Part shown: piece by piece, positions 8,405 to 18,620 of the stretch
Numbering within the stretch: position 1 is the first letter of the stretch
Layout of the letters: every line of letters starts with the position of its first letter
Assembly: GCA_965262725.1 (NCBI GenBank)
Contig: OZ253555.1
Location: forward strand, 2,592,001-2,656,000
Source: Dehalococcoidia bacterium
GTDB taxonomy: Bacteria > Chloroflexota > Dehalococcoidia > UBA2979
Direction of reading: 5' to 3'
DNA length: 64,000 nt
The notes under the pieces: model-generated
What the model was told of the DNA's origin: nothing
The model's database searches: none
The model's input: only the letters and a program-made list of their open reading frames with translations
Made by a program: the position numbers and the translations under genes

Positions 8405-10183
8405 CTACGGCGGCGCTGATTGGCGGCGGAAGGTGCCGCAGTTGCTGACTCGGATGGACGACCAGTCGGACAGCACGGTGAGCGTGATCGTCCCAGAGCC
8501 ACCAGCGACACGTGCGGAGCGGTGGTCATAGACCCGGCAGAGGGCCTGGGCATCGGACGTGACGTAGGCGCCCGGCGCGACCTCCTCCGGCACAAGATAC
8601 GTGCCATCACCGAATGTCGTTCGAACGGTCGGCGTGTGGGGGCGGAAGGTGCCGCAGTTGCTGACTCGGATGGACGACCAGTCGGACAGCACGGTGAGCG
8701 TGATCGTCCCAGAGCCACCAGCGACACGTGCGGAGCGGTGGTCATAGACCCGGCAGAGGGCCTGGGCGTCGGACGTGACGTAGGCGCCCGGCGCGACCTC
8801 CTCCGGCACAAGATACGTACCGTCACCGAATGTCGTTCGAACGGTCGGCGTGTGGGGGCGGAAGGTGCCGCAGTTGCTGACTCGGATGGACGACCAGTCG
8901 GACAGCACGGTGAGCGTGATCGTCCCAGAGCCACCAGCGACACGTGCGGAGCGGTGGTCATAGACCCGGCAGAGGGCCTGGGCGTCGGACGTGACGTAGG
9001 CGCCCGGCGCGACCTCCTCCGGCACAAGATACGTGCCATCACCGAATGTCGTTCGAACGGTCGGCGTGTGGGGGCGGAAGGTGCCGCAGTTGCTGACTCG
9101 GATGGACGACCAGTCGGACAGCACGGTGAGCGTGATCGTCCCAGAGCCACCAGCGACAGGTGCGGAGCGGTGGTCATAGACCCGGCAGAGGGCCTGGGCG
9201 TCGGACGTGACGTAGGCGCCCGGCGCGACCTCCTCCGGCACAAGATACGTACCGTCACCGAATGTCGTTCGAACGGTCGGCGTGTGGGGGCGGAAGGTGC
9301 CGCAGTTGCTGACTCGGATGGACGACCAGTCGGACAGCACGGTGAGCGTGATCGTCCCAGAGCCACCAGCGACACGTACGGAGCGGTGGTCATAGACCCG
9401 GCAGAGGGCCTGGGCGTCGGACGTGACGTAGGCGCCCGGCGCGACCTCCTCCGGCACAAGATACGTACCGTCACCGAATGTCGTTCGAACGGTCGGCAAT
9501 GTCGGTGTGGGCGTCTCGGAAGCGCTAGGAGTCGCAGCGGGCAGCTCGGCGGCGGTCGGTGTCGCCGCCGGCAGCTCGGTGACGGGCGGTGTCGCAGCGG
9601 GCAGCTCGGCGGCGGGCGGTGTCACCGCCGGCAGCTCGGCGGCGGTCGGTGTCGCCGCCGGCAGCTCGGTGACGGGCGGTGTCGCCGCCGGCAGCTCGGC
9701 GGCGGGCGGTGTCACCGCGGGCAGCTCGGCGGCGGGCGGTGTCACCGCGGGCAGCTCGGTGACGGGCGGTGTCGCCGCCGGCAGCTCGGTGGCGGTCGGT
9801 GTCGCCGCCGGCAGCTCGGCGGCGGGCGGTGTCGCCGCCGGCAGCCCGCGACCCGGCGCATCGTCGACCAGAATGTGCGACTCGAGTTGCACGGGCGGCC
9901 TAGGGATGTCGCGGGCGATGTTCTCGACGCGCTCGCGGGCACCATCGCAATCGATAGTCGCTACCTCAAGGCCGTCCCGTACCTCAGCAACCCCGATCAC
10001 CAGAACACCACCCTCGGCAGCGAGGCCGGCAATCGCGCGCGCCAGTGCTCTGTTGTTGTTCGGGAACTGGCTCTTGAACTCCAGCACTCGACTCTCGCGC
10101 AGCTCCCCCGAGTCGATGCGCTCCTTCAGCTCAGCGATACTCGTCGGCCGATTCGGCAGTCTCATCAGCTCCGCTCCTAGCAT
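8405..10183 (-). CDS. Chimeric protein: AlbA_2/Schlafen-like domain + Pro/Ala/Thr linker + five 72-aa repeats
   Basis: ESRVLEFKSQF...AIAGLAAEGGVLVIGV; (LPAATPPAAE)x11; (TFGDGTYLVPEEVAPGAY..C..CGTF)x5. Confidence 0.7.
   Translation of the reverse strand: MLGAELMRLPNRPTSIAELKERIDSGELRESRVLEFKSQFPNNNRALARAIAGLAAEGGVLVIGVAEVRDGLEVATIDCDGARERVENIARDIPRPPVQLESHILVDDAPGRGLPAATPPAAELPAATPTATELPAATPPVTELPAVTPPAAELPAVTPPAAELPAATPPVTELPAATPTAAELPAVTPPAAELPAATPPVTELPAATPTAAELPAATPSASETPTPTLPTVRTTFGDGTYLVPEEVAPGAYVTSDAQALCRVYDHRSVRVAGGSGTITLTVLSDWSSIRVSNCGTFRPHTPTVRTTFGDGTYLVPEEVAPGAYVTSDAQALCRVYDHRSAPVAGGSGTITLTVLSDWSSIRVSNCGTFRPHTPTVRTTFGDGTYLVPEEVAPGAYVTSDAQALCRVYDHRSARVAGGSGTITLTVLSDWSSIRVSNCGTFRPHTPTVRTTFGDGTYLVPEEVAPGAYVTSDAQALCRVYDHRSARVAGGSGTITLTVLSDWSSIRVSNCGTFRPHTPTVRTTFGDGTYLVPEEVAPGAYVTSDAQALCRVYDHRSARVAGGSGTITLTVLSDWSSIRVSNCGTFRRQSAPP
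8425..9497. repeat. Five near-identical 216-bp tandem repeats
   Basis: Units start at 8425, 8641, 8857, 9073 and 9289. Confidence 0.95.
9516..9845. repeat. About 11 tandem 30-bp repeats (10-aa linker unit)
   Basis: gcagctcgg...ggtgtc..cg.. recurs every 30 bp. Confidence 0.9.
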
Positions 10184-10313
10184 ATCGTCGACACTTCGAA
10201 GCCTACGGTAGGCAGTGGCGCGGCACCGCGCAGTACCCCTTCCACAGCCGTATCAACATTTGAAGGGGCGGAGTATCAGGTGGACAGCCGACCCGCACCG
10301 TGCCCTCGTGCGC

Positions 10314-10395
10314 GCCCCGGCTCCGTAGTGGCCCGCTCAGTGGACCGGAGTGCCCCCAGAGGCCACCTGAGACATCGACGCCGCATCTGGCGTGC
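10314..10395. repeat. Integrative-element end motif, copy 1 of 3
   Basis: gccccggctccgtagtggcccgctcagtggaccggagtgc; also at 14581 and 59768. Confidence 0.8.
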
Positions 10396-10440
10396 TGGCA
10401 CCCTCGGCAGGATTCGAACCTGCGACCCGCGGATTAGAAG
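10396..10440 (-). pseudogene. tRNA-Arg(TCT) 3' half (att site)
   Basis: Minus strand CTTCTAATCCGCGGGTCGCAGGTTCGAATCCTGCCGAGGGTGCCA; identical to 14663-14707. Confidence 0.88.
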
Positions 10441-10688
10441 CGTCGTGTCGTCATCGTCCCGGGGGTCTGATAGCCCATCGCCCTGAGGGGCCGCGCGCAT
10501 TGGCTCCCAGATGCGCCGCGTCCGATCTCGGGGCAGCCGCATTGGCTGTCTGACGACCGGCGGTCTGGCTTTCGGTGCTCCGCCGCGGCCCACTTCGTGG
10601 ACTTCCGTGGACCGACCTATGTGCTCCGCGCCTCCGCCGTGAAACGATCACGCCACGAGCCTACGGACCAGCGGGAGGGGCGCTACCA

Positions 10689-11849
10689 GTGCCGGCATCA
10701 GCAAACGGGAGCAAGCGGGCGAGAGGGACCGGATCGGTCCGTTCACGGCGCCGTGGCGTGTGGCAGGTCCGCTGGGAGACCGGACACGGTGCCGAGCGCG
10801 TCTACCACGCGGAGACCGTGAAGGGCACCAAGACCGAAGCGGAGGCGCTCCTGCGCGAGGGTCTGGCCGAGAAGGAGCGAGCCCGGGCTGCGGGCACGCT
10901 CACCACGGACCCGAAGCTCACCGTCGGCGAGTGGCTCCTCCGCTGGCTGGACGACGTGGCGGTACACAACGTCCGGCCCCGCACCCTCAGCGCGCACACG
11001 GGCATCGTCCGGCGCGAGCTCATTCCGGCGCTCGGCCACATCCGCCTGAACCAGCTCGGCGTCGCCGAGGTGCAGGCGTTCATCAACGCACGACGCGACC
11101 GGCAGAAGGCGCGGTGGATCCAGCACCAGCGGGCAGTCCTCCGCAGCGCGCTTAGCGAGGCGGAGCGCCAGGGGCTCGTGGGCCGCAACGTGGCCCGCCT
11201 CGTCAAGACGCCGGCCCCGGACCGCGAAGAGGTCCGGCCACTCAGCTCCGACCAGGCGCGGGCGTTCCTGGCGCAGGTCAGCGGCGACCGACTGGAGGCG
11301 CTGTACGCGCTCACGATGGCGCTGGGCCTACGCCGGAGCGAGGTGCTGGGCCTGCGGTGGGAGGACGTGGACCTGGAGAACGGCACGCTCACGGTGCGCC
11401 ACGGGCTACAGCGCTACAACGGCGCGTATCACCTGGACGACGTCAAGACTCGGCGCAGCCGGCGCACGCTCGTGTTGCCGGCGCCGCTGGTGGAGGCCCT
11501 CCAGGCCCACCAGGACCGGCAGGCGTTCGAGCGGGGCCGTGCGGACTCGTGGCTGGGCGACGACTGGAACCTGATCTTCTGCCGTAAGGACGGCTACCCG
11601 CTCGAGGGCGCGGTCGTGACGCGGGCGTTCCAGAAGCACCTCAAGGCCGCTGGCCTGCCACACGCCCGGTTCCACGACCTCCGGCACGGTGCCGCCACGT
11701 ACCTACTCGGGGCAGGCGTGCCGATGCGCGTCGTCATGGACCAGCTCGGACACTCCCAGATGTCGACGACGAGCGACCTCTACTCGCACGTGCTGCCCGA
11801 GGTGCAGCGTGAGGCGAGCGAGAAGGTCGCGTCGGTGCTGTTCGGCTAG
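10689..11849 (+). CDS. int: Tyrosine recombinase/integrase
   Basis: GLRRSEVLGL, KT, FHDLRHG, LGHS, DLYSH catalytic motifs; next to an att fragment; GTG start with RBS. Confidence 0.95.
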   Translation: MPASANGSKRARGTGSVRSRRRGVWQVRWETGHGAERVYHAETVKGTKTEAEALLREGLAEKERARAAGTLTTDPKLTVGEWLLRWLDDVAVHNVRPRTLSAHTGIVRRELIPALGHIRLNQLGVAEVQAFINARRDRQKARWIQHQRAVLRSALSEAERQGLVGRNVARLVKTPAPDREEVRPLSSDQARAFLAQVSGDRLEALYALTMALGLRRSEVLGLRWEDVDLENGTLTVRHGLQRYNGAYHLDDVKTRRSRRTLVLPAPLVEALQAHQDRQAFERGRADSWLGDDWNLIFCRKDGYPLEGAVVTRAFQKHLKAAGLPHARFHDLRHGAATYLLGAGVPMRVVMDQLGHSQMSTTSDLYSHVLPEVQREASEKVASVLFG

Positions 11850-11882
11850 CCTCGCAACACGGAAGCCTCGCCACGTCGACGA

Positions 11883-12443
11883 TCAGCCGAGAACACCCAG
11901 CTGGCTGATGATCGCGAGAGTGGACGCGACAACAACGACCGCCGTCGGGAGCGTACGGAGAGCCCGACCAAGCAGCGTGAACTCGATCGGGGCTGTATCG
12001 AATCCGGCGGCACGCAAGACATAGAAGGGCGCCCGACTGAGCCACCACAGAGGGTTCCAAGTCCGCCTCTTCGACGCACGGTGCTCGCGTTCGTAGACGC
12101 CGATCGCACGTTCCACACGGTCGATCACGTGTCTTTGCGAAATCTCGATTCGCGTCAGACTGAACATTTCGACGAAGAGGTTTACGTCAAAGTGCACCGT
12201 TGGCGAAGGGCGCGTCGTCTCGATTGGGCTCACACCTGCGGCGACAACGATGTCCTCGATGTCTCTCAACGCCTTGTTCAGCACTGATCGAACTGCTTGT
12301 CTTTCCGAGTCAGAGGAGGGCATTCGAATGTAGCGCTCGAGCCTTATGCGGAATTCGTCGAGTCGCTGACGCCGACGATCGTTCTCCCTGACCGTGACGG
12401 ACCGATAGTCATCCACGTGTCGCGGGCCCTTCCGCTGACCCAA
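11883..12443 (-). CDS. Hypothetical protein with C-terminal TM segment
   Basis: 186-aa ORF with natural composition and lower GC. Confidence 0.55.
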   Translation of the reverse strand: MGQRKGPRHVDDYRSVTVRENDRRRQRLDEFRIRLERYIRMPSSDSERQAVRSVLNKALRDIEDIVVAAGVSPIETTRPSPTVHFDVNLFVEMFSLTRIEISQRHVIDRVERAIGVYEREHRASKRRTWNPLWWLSRAPFYVLRAAGFDTAPIEFTLLGRALRTLPTAVVVVASTLAIISQLGVLG

Positions 12444-12592
12444 CCCATCGTCGTCCCGCTAATGCTCGGCCATCTCACTCCCTCGTGCCACTCTGGAGTT
12501 GTGGCTCTACCTTGGGGGCTCCATGATCTGGGCCGCTACGCCACCAAGGCCGAGCCAACGCCCGGCGGGGTACGCACGGCGAGGGTGAGGCG

Positions 12593-12844
12593 ATGCCCAG
12601 GAGAGTCAACAGCGCAAAGAGGCTAGAGAACCTAGACAAGCTGGAGGCGATGGGGGCCGTCGATGTCCTCGTGTCCGTCGTTCCGGGTTGTGATCTGGAC
12701 CTTCCCCTCTTCAGTCCCGACGCCCCCACACCGGGCTCCCTCCTCACGATCCGGGACTTCCGGGACCACGTCGAAGCTCACCCCGACTGCCAGAGACGCG
12801 TGCTCCGGTCGAGGCTGCCCTCCGGCCAAGGCCGTCAGCTCTAG
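12593..12844 (+). CDS. Small hypothetical protein
   Basis: RBS (gaggg/gagg) upstream; 83 aa. Confidence 0.4.
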   Translation: MPRRVNSAKRLENLDKLEAMGAVDVLVSVVPGCDLDLPLFSPDAPTPGSLLTIRDFRDHVEAHPDCQRRVLRSRLPSGQGRQL

Positions 12845-13014
12845 TCCCCCGGGGGTATATCCCAGCGGTGGGCAGCTGCTGCACAGCCCTCGCGGAACCG
12901 TGTGCGGCAGGGCCAGCGGGAGCGAACTTTCCCGTTCTTGGAGGCCCACCCGCACCGCACGGTCGAAGGCGCCCTCTACCAGATCGACCGGAACGTCACG
13001 AAGCAGGCCCCGTG

Positions 13015-13797
13015 ATGCCACACCGGACGCGCCTGACCATCACGCTGGAGCTGGCGCTCGACCTACGGGGCGCGCTGGCGCAGGCCCTCGACTACGCGTC
13101 CTCGATCGCGCAACTCGGAGACGACGATCTCGAGGATCTGCTGCGTCCCGGATTCGCGGCGCTCGGTGACGCCGAGGAGCTGTCCCGGGCGGTGCAGCGG
13201 CAGCTCGACGGAGCGGAGGGCGGCCGCGAAGTCGCCGTCGTCCTCGCCGGCGTCGGCGTGGATGCCAGACTCGAGCGCATCGCGGAACACCTGGGCGGCT
13301 ACGGCGTGCCGATACGGATCGTGGACTTCCAGGTGTTCGAGCCCGCGGAGGGCTCACGCCTCCTGATCCGCGAGGTCACCGAGGAGGAGACGCGCCCACC
13401 GCGCCGCGAGGGACGGACATACAGCGTCGACACGATCCGGCATCGAGCCCGGGAGGCCGGCGTGGAGGCGCCGTTCGAGCGCTTCCTCGAGATGGTACGG
13501 GAGGCCGGCCTCGTGGTGCGGCCGTACAAGCTCGCGGTGACGATCGCTCCTCCCGCGAACCGCAACCGCTACCTGATGTACGCGCGGCCCGAGCAAGGCG
13601 GCATCGTTCTCAGCGCGGGGCCGGCTGCGTTCGCGGAGTTCTTCCCGCCTCTGACCGAACACGAGGCGTCCGCCGCGATCGGTTCCCCTGAGCCCGAAGG
13701 CGCCCCGCACCTCTCCGGGTCGGACCTCGAGGCCCGGCTCGACCAGATCGAGACCTTCCTGCGATCGCTGTCGCGTCCGGGCAATGACGTGGCATAA
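13015..13797 (+). pseudogene. C-terminal part of a NucS/RecB-like nuclease fused to a foreign 17-aa start
   Basis: RGALAQALDYAS motif without the upstream PD-ExK residues; the N-terminus matches the ORF at 52683. Confidence 0.5.
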
Positions 13798-14161
13798 CGC
13801 TGCTCGCCGGCAGCAGGCCGCCGCTCGCGCGCCGGTGTGCCCCCCGTCGCCCAGGCTCCGATGCCCAGCGGTTTGAGCGTCACGCGGCCACCTCTGGGCA
13901 TCGCGTCGCCACGGCCCATTCGACGGGCAGCGACCGGGCATCACCGACGCCATAGCCGGCTGGGCCGGCCGAGCTGCATGCTGTGGGCGTACGGCCGGCG
14001 AGTTCGCGAACTCATCGCCGCCCCGCGGCACGGTCCGCGGTAGCTGCATGAACCTCGACGACCTCGCCGGGCACGTCGACAGGGACCTGCTGGCCGCCGC
14101 GTTCGCCGCCGCCAGCACTCTTGCCCTGCTGCTGTAGCCTCGCCCTGTTGGACGGTGCGGG

Positions 14162-14338
14162 CTACTGCTTCACCTTGGGCTGGTTGACGAGCATCAAGAA
14201 CGCGATGAGCCACCCGAGCCACCCGAGGAATAGGGGCCACAGGAGCCATGCCATGGAACGACCGCGAGAGCTGCTCATCATGCCGATGAAGACCATGGGC
14301 AACACCCACACTAAGCCGATGATGAGCAGGACTTCCAT
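14162..14338 (-). CDS. 58-aa two-TM membrane protein (below the ORF-track cutoff)
   Basis: MEVLLIIGLVWVLPMVFIGMMSSSRGRSMAWLLWPLFLGWLGWLIAFLMLVNQPKVKQ; GAGAGG RBS. Confidence 0.7.
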   Translation of the reverse strand: MEVLLIIGLVWVLPMVFIGMMSSSRGRSMAWLLWPLFLGWLGWLIAFLMLVNQPKVKQ

Positions 14339-14580
14339 ACTAGCCAGCCACCTCTCGTGCCGGCGATGCTAGCACGTGCGTATGACTACGGCGGCCCCGC
14401 TCATCGACCACCACCTTCGCAGGTTTGACATGTGGTCAGTGCCGCCCAGAAGGCTGAAGTGCCACTCCGATGATGTCGAGCGCCAGCCCAACCGTGACGA
14501 GGATACTGCCGAGCATGGGCGCCCCAAGAGAGATATCCGAATGCCGCGTCGGACACAGTAGCCGCGAATGCCCTCTGCCC

Positions 14581-14662
14581 GCCCCTGCTCCGTAATGGCC
14601 CGCTCAGTGGACCGGAGTGCACTCGGAGGCCACCCGATAGCCCGAAATCGCATCTGGCGTGC
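14581..14662. repeat. Integrative-element end motif, copy 2
   Basis: gcccctgctccgtaatggcccgctcagtggaccggagtgc ... catctggcgtgc. Confidence 0.8.
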
Positions 14663-14712
14663 TGGCACCCTCGGCAGGATTCGAACCTGCGACCCGCGGA
14701 TTAGAAGTCCGC
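14663..14712 (-). pseudogene. tRNA-Arg(TCT) 3' fragment including the full anticodon arm
   Basis: GCGGA-CTTCTAA-TCCGC, T arm and CCA present; no D arm. Confidence 0.88.
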
Positions 14713-14729
14713 GTGCGGCGAAATCAGGG

Positions 14730-14777
14730 TGGCGCGCCGGGAAGGATTCGAACCCTCGACCCTCAGTTCCGAAGACT
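14730..14777 (-). pseudogene. tRNA-Arg(TCG) 3' half (att site)
   Basis: AGTCTTCGGAACTGAGGGTCGAGGGTTCGAATCCTTCCCGGCGCGCCA. Confidence 0.88.
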
Positions 14778-15264
14778 CGCAGTGCTTGCCACTCGTGAAC
14801 CGTGCCGCCCGGCCACGTCTCGCGGGGGCTCCGCGGCCTCCTGCAGAAGCAGGCCATCGGCGTCCATCTCGGGGAGACGGTGCCAGCGGAAGTCCCGTTC
14901 CCCGTTGAGCGTCGCCTCTACGTCGAAGGAGCCGCAGGGCGACCTCCTCACCGCGTCGAGCAGTCGCGGTGGCGAACGCCGCCGTCGCACGCGATCTCGT
15001 GGGCTGCATGCGGCCGGTCCTCGCGACGTGTTCGCAGCATGCGGCAACACGCGCCGGGCCCGCGTTGAGCCAATTCTGGCCTCTTGGAACGAATTCGGAG
15101 CGGGAATCAGGAACGTTTGGAACGCTCGTGGAACGAATCCGGAACTTTCTGTGAACGCCTGATCGCACGCTAGCCCTGCATCGCCGCACGCCGCCAATCG
15201 AGGCGAGCGCGCACCGATGCGGAAGGGGCTGGCCGTGCGGGTCCGCTGCTCGCCGTCGCCGGAG
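14743..15264. repeat. ~520-bp ICE end relic, paralogue of 24035-24555
   Basis: Highly similar by eye; includes the GGAAC array and the first ~16 codons of the VirB6-like gene. Confidence 0.92.
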
Positions 15265-15472
15265 GAGGTGAACCGCTTCCTCCGCGGTGGGCGGCCGACT
15301 TCGGTCATGTGCCGTCAAGTGATGAACGGGCGCGGAGGCGGATAGGCGAATGCGCCGTGCCTGTTGGCGGCGAGCCGACGCATGGCCGTGAGTCGAGTTG
15401 GCCTGCGCAGGTCGTGGTGACGGTCCGGGAACGGCGCCGTAGGCTGAGGGAGAGTGGATCCGGTGGATCGCG

Positions 15473-16942
15473 GTGCGGCTGCTTGCGCTGGCGGCAATCG
15501 TCGTCCTCGTGATCACTGGCTACCGGTGGGCCGGAGAAGGGTCGATTTCCTCCGCCGCCCGCATGCTGGGCGACGACCTCGCAGTGCTGGCCACGTGTCC
15601 GACGGAGTTCGGCCGCGTCCGCGACTTCGTCCGGAGACCGGTCCCGGAGAGCGGCTCCGAATCGTCCATGTCGCAGCGCCATGGAGCTGGTTGGGAACAC
15701 GAGGTCTGCGATGGCGACCTCAACCTTCGCGAACCGGCGGGTGCTGAACGGGCGGGACCGACGGCTGCGACACCGACCCTCGCCCGGATCCCGAACCTCC
15801 AGCCGCAGATCGAGGCCGCCATTGAGGAGGCGCTGGGGTCGGCGCCCGCCGAAGGGACGACCCTCGACATGGCCATCGCCAGGGCGGCAACCCCGCAACC
15901 AGCGTCTCGCCCTCGCGACTTGCCCGCCGAGCGCCACGTCGGGTTGAAGCGGTTGATGCTGCAACTCATCAATGCCGAGCGAGCGGCGGTCGGGCTCATG
16001 CCCGTCGCGCTCGGCGAGAACGCAGCCGCCCAGCTACACGCGGAGGCGTCACTGCGGGGCTGCTTCTCCTCCCATTGGGGACTCGACGGGCTGAAGCCGT
16101 ACATGCGCTACAGCCTCACGGGCGGCTACCAGGCGAACGCCGAGAACGCGTCCGGTCCAGGCTACTGCATCACCGACGCCGACTCCTCCGCGAAAATCAG
16201 GAGCGTCGAGCAGGAGGTCCGGGAGGCGATGGCGGGGTGGATGGAGAGCCCTGGCCACCTCTCGACCATCCTCGATCCATGGCACAGGGCCGTCAACATT
16301 GGATTGGCCTGGGACCGTTTCAACTTCTTGGCGATCCAACACTTCGAGGGTGGGTACGTGCGGTATCAGCTGCTCCCCGAGATCAGAGAGGGGTACCTCA
16401 TCGTCGATGGGGCTGCGACGAATGGCGCGGGCGTCGAAGGGAACGACGGTCTTGGCATCCAGGTGTATTACGACCCCCCGCCGGGCCCACTAACGCCGGG
16501 GCAGCTCGCCCGGAGCTACTGCTACGGCAGCGGCCTTCCGGTCGCAGCGCTTCGACCTCGCCCCGACGTCCTCCACTACTACGCCCAGAACGAATTCACG
16601 GCTGCCTACAGACCCTGCCCCAACCCCTACAACGCATCCGCGAACGCTCAAGCGCCTCGCTCCCCTGACGAGGCGCACGTGTACTGTCGGGCTGCCTACG
16701 AGGCCAGCCAGACCGCGGAGGAACATGCTGTCACCGTCCCATGGGTGACCGTGCGGGAGTGGGAGGTCACAGGGCAGACCTTCGCAGTGAAGGCGGACCT
16801 GTCACACGTGATCGCCATCTACGGGCCCGGCGTCTACTCCGTGGTGGTCTGGGGACGCATCGGCGATCAGAACGTGGCGATTTCGGAGTACTCCATCTTC
16901 CACGACATCGACCCGCCTGAGGGTTACGCGCAGTTCCAGTAG
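15473..16942 (+). CDS. Secreted CAP (SCP-like) domain protein
   Basis: N-terminal signal/TM; LINAER, AAQLHA, SSHWG, ENA, WMESPGH, NIG. Confidence 0.85.
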   Translation: MRLLALAAIVVLVITGYRWAGEGSISSAARMLGDDLAVLATCPTEFGRVRDFVRRPVPESGSESSMSQRHGAGWEHEVCDGDLNLREPAGAERAGPTAATPTLARIPNLQPQIEAAIEEALGSAPAEGTTLDMAIARAATPQPASRPRDLPAERHVGLKRLMLQLINAERAAVGLMPVALGENAAAQLHAEASLRGCFSSHWGLDGLKPYMRYSLTGGYQANAENASGPGYCITDADSSAKIRSVEQEVREAMAGWMESPGHLSTILDPWHRAVNIGLAWDRFNFLAIQHFEGGYVRYQLLPEIREGYLIVDGAATNGAGVEGNDGLGIQVYYDPPPGPLTPGQLARSYCYGSGLPVAALRPRPDVLHYYAQNEFTAAYRPCPNPYNASANAQAPRSPDEAHVYCRAAYEASQTAEEHAVTVPWVTVREWEVTGQTFAVKADLSHVIAIYGPGVYSVVVWGRIGDQNVAISEYSIFHDIDPPEGYAQFQ

Positions 16943-17390
16943 CTGCAGGTGTTGTCCCGCCAGCCCTGATGGTAGGGGCACCACCGCAAGAAGGGACGCA
17001 CGTCGCGATCGCGCTCAGCGTCGAGGCCGCCGGAGTCCGTGAGCGCGCAGGTGCGGCAGGCGGAACGCCATGCGCTCGACGGGCTCGCCGGCGACCGAGG
17101 CCTCGATGAGGCCCGAGCGGTCGTAGGTGATCGAGGCGGGGGCACGATCTCCGCCTTCATACTGCAGGCTCGCTTGCGGACGGTGACCCGAGTCTGCGAC
17201 GGACTGGCCGAGCGCTTCCGCCTCCGGATCGGCCCCGCTCGGCCATCAGGACTCGGATCTAGAGGGAGCATCCCTGCCTTCCGCCCGAAGGAGGCGCACC
17301 TCAGCGAGTGTAGCCCGCGGGATCCGTCGGGCGGCGGCGCGCACGGGCGAGCTGACCTCGCGATCCTGCGCAGCGGGGCGAGCGGCGTCG

Positions 17391-18620
17391 CTAGAACTCG
17401 TCGGCGCACCAAGGGGCAGTGTGCCAGGCGAAGAGGGCATCCGCACGACGTAGGGCCTCGGGGCCGCCCACGATGCGACCGGCTCGAGCGAGCGCGGAGG
17501 GGGAGACCCCGCCTAGGTAGACCGCGGCGAGGTCTGCGGCGCCCAGGGTGACGTCGGGCGAGGCCTCGGTTGGGCGGCAGCCGGCTCGCCCACCCTCGAC
17601 CACGAGCTCTACTCGGCCAGAGGCCCACGGGCCGAACGGATCGCGAACGTCGAGAATGAGGCGGCCATCGGCGAGGTAGATGCGGCCTTCAAGCGCCCGT
17701 GGCACGTCGACGATGCGCAGCCAGAGAGTGTCCTTGGGCAGGCGCCGGAGCTGGCGGGGGTCGTTCAACATCCACAGGAGGGGGTCGTCGGTCGGGCGGT
17801 TGTGGGCCTCGATCGTCTCGACGAGATCGATGCCGAAGAGGTAGCGCCAGAGCGCGGCCTCAGCGGCGGGATTCACTGCGACCAGTTCGTGGACGCGAAC
17901 GGCGCCCCGGGGGACCCCTTCGGGCCAGTCGCCCCTGACGGCGTAGATGGCGTATCCCGCGAGACCGTCCGGGCTGGTGTACTCGACGTACTGGCGCTTC
18001 GAGAAGCCGTCCTTGGGCCTCTCGGCGCGTGGAATAATGAATGCAGCCCAGTGGCCCGGGACGCGGGCCATCATGCCCGGACGGGTTTCGCGCAGGCCGT
18101 CGTAGAGGAGCGGCCAGCGCTCCAGGGCGGCGTCTGAGTCGACGAAGCGCACCCCGCCGGGGGCATCCGGGACTTGCCGCACGAACTCGGTGTGGCGGCG
18201 GTCGATGCTGACGCGGTCAGACTGCGCCGCCAAGCCGTAGCCGAAGCGGCCGTAGATGAGGCTCTCCGAGGCCCATAGGGCGGCGAGGGGCTCGCCGCGA
18301 TCACGAATGTCGTTGAGCTGGCGTCGCATGAGTTCGGTGAGGACGCCCCGCCGGCGGTGGGTGGGGAGAACGGTGACGGCGGTGACGCCGGCCGTCGGCA
18401 GGTGGCCACCGGGGACGCTCATCGAGAAGGAGACGGCGTGCGCCTTCCCAACCATCTCGTCTCCATCGAAGGCGCCGAGGCTGCGCTCGAAGTCGAGCAG
18501 GGGCCGGCCCGGCGCGTTCGTCTCGGCGGCGACTTCGATGTCGGAGAGGAAGCCGCGGGCGTCCCCGGCGACCCACTCGTCCCAATCGTCCTCGGTGAGC
18601 ACCCGGTAGGTGATGGCCAT
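17391..18620 (-). CDS. eis: Eis-family GNAT acetyltransferase with C-terminal SCP2-like domain
   Basis: VTVLPTHRRRG, LWASESLIYGRFGYG, LWLRIVDV, C-terminal WCADEF. Confidence 0.92.
   Translation of the reverse strand: MAITYRVLTEDDWDEWVAGDARGFLSDIEVAAETNAPGRPLLDFERSLGAFDGDEMVGKAHAVSFSMSVPGGHLPTAGVTAVTVLPTHRRRGVLTELMRRQLNDIRDRGEPLAALWASESLIYGRFGYGLAAQSDRVSIDRRHTEFVRQVPDAPGGVRFVDSDAALERWPLLYDGLRETRPGMMARVPGHWAAFIIPRAERPKDGFSKRQYVEYTSPDGLAGYAIYAVRGDWPEGVPRGAVRVHELVAVNPAAEAALWRYLFGIDLVETIEAHNRPTDDPLLWMLNDPRQLRRLPKDTLWLRIVDVPRALEGRIYLADGRLILDVRDPFGPWASGRVELVVEGGRAGCRPTEASPDVTLGAADLAAVYLGGVSPSALARAGRIVGGPEALRRADALFAWHTAPWCADEF

Noticed and set aside
8425-9845. Tandem repeats as a CRISPR array or DGR template
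   Set aside because: Units are contiguous, in frame (216 and 30 bp) and have no spacers; there are no cas genes and no adenine-specific variation pattern
8420-10180. 586-aa plus-strand ORF
   Set aside because: Antisense shadow of the repeat gene with Arg/Gly-rich composition
14663-14777. Functional D-armless or split tRNAs
   Set aside because: No 5' acceptor strands found; att-site duplication explains them more simply
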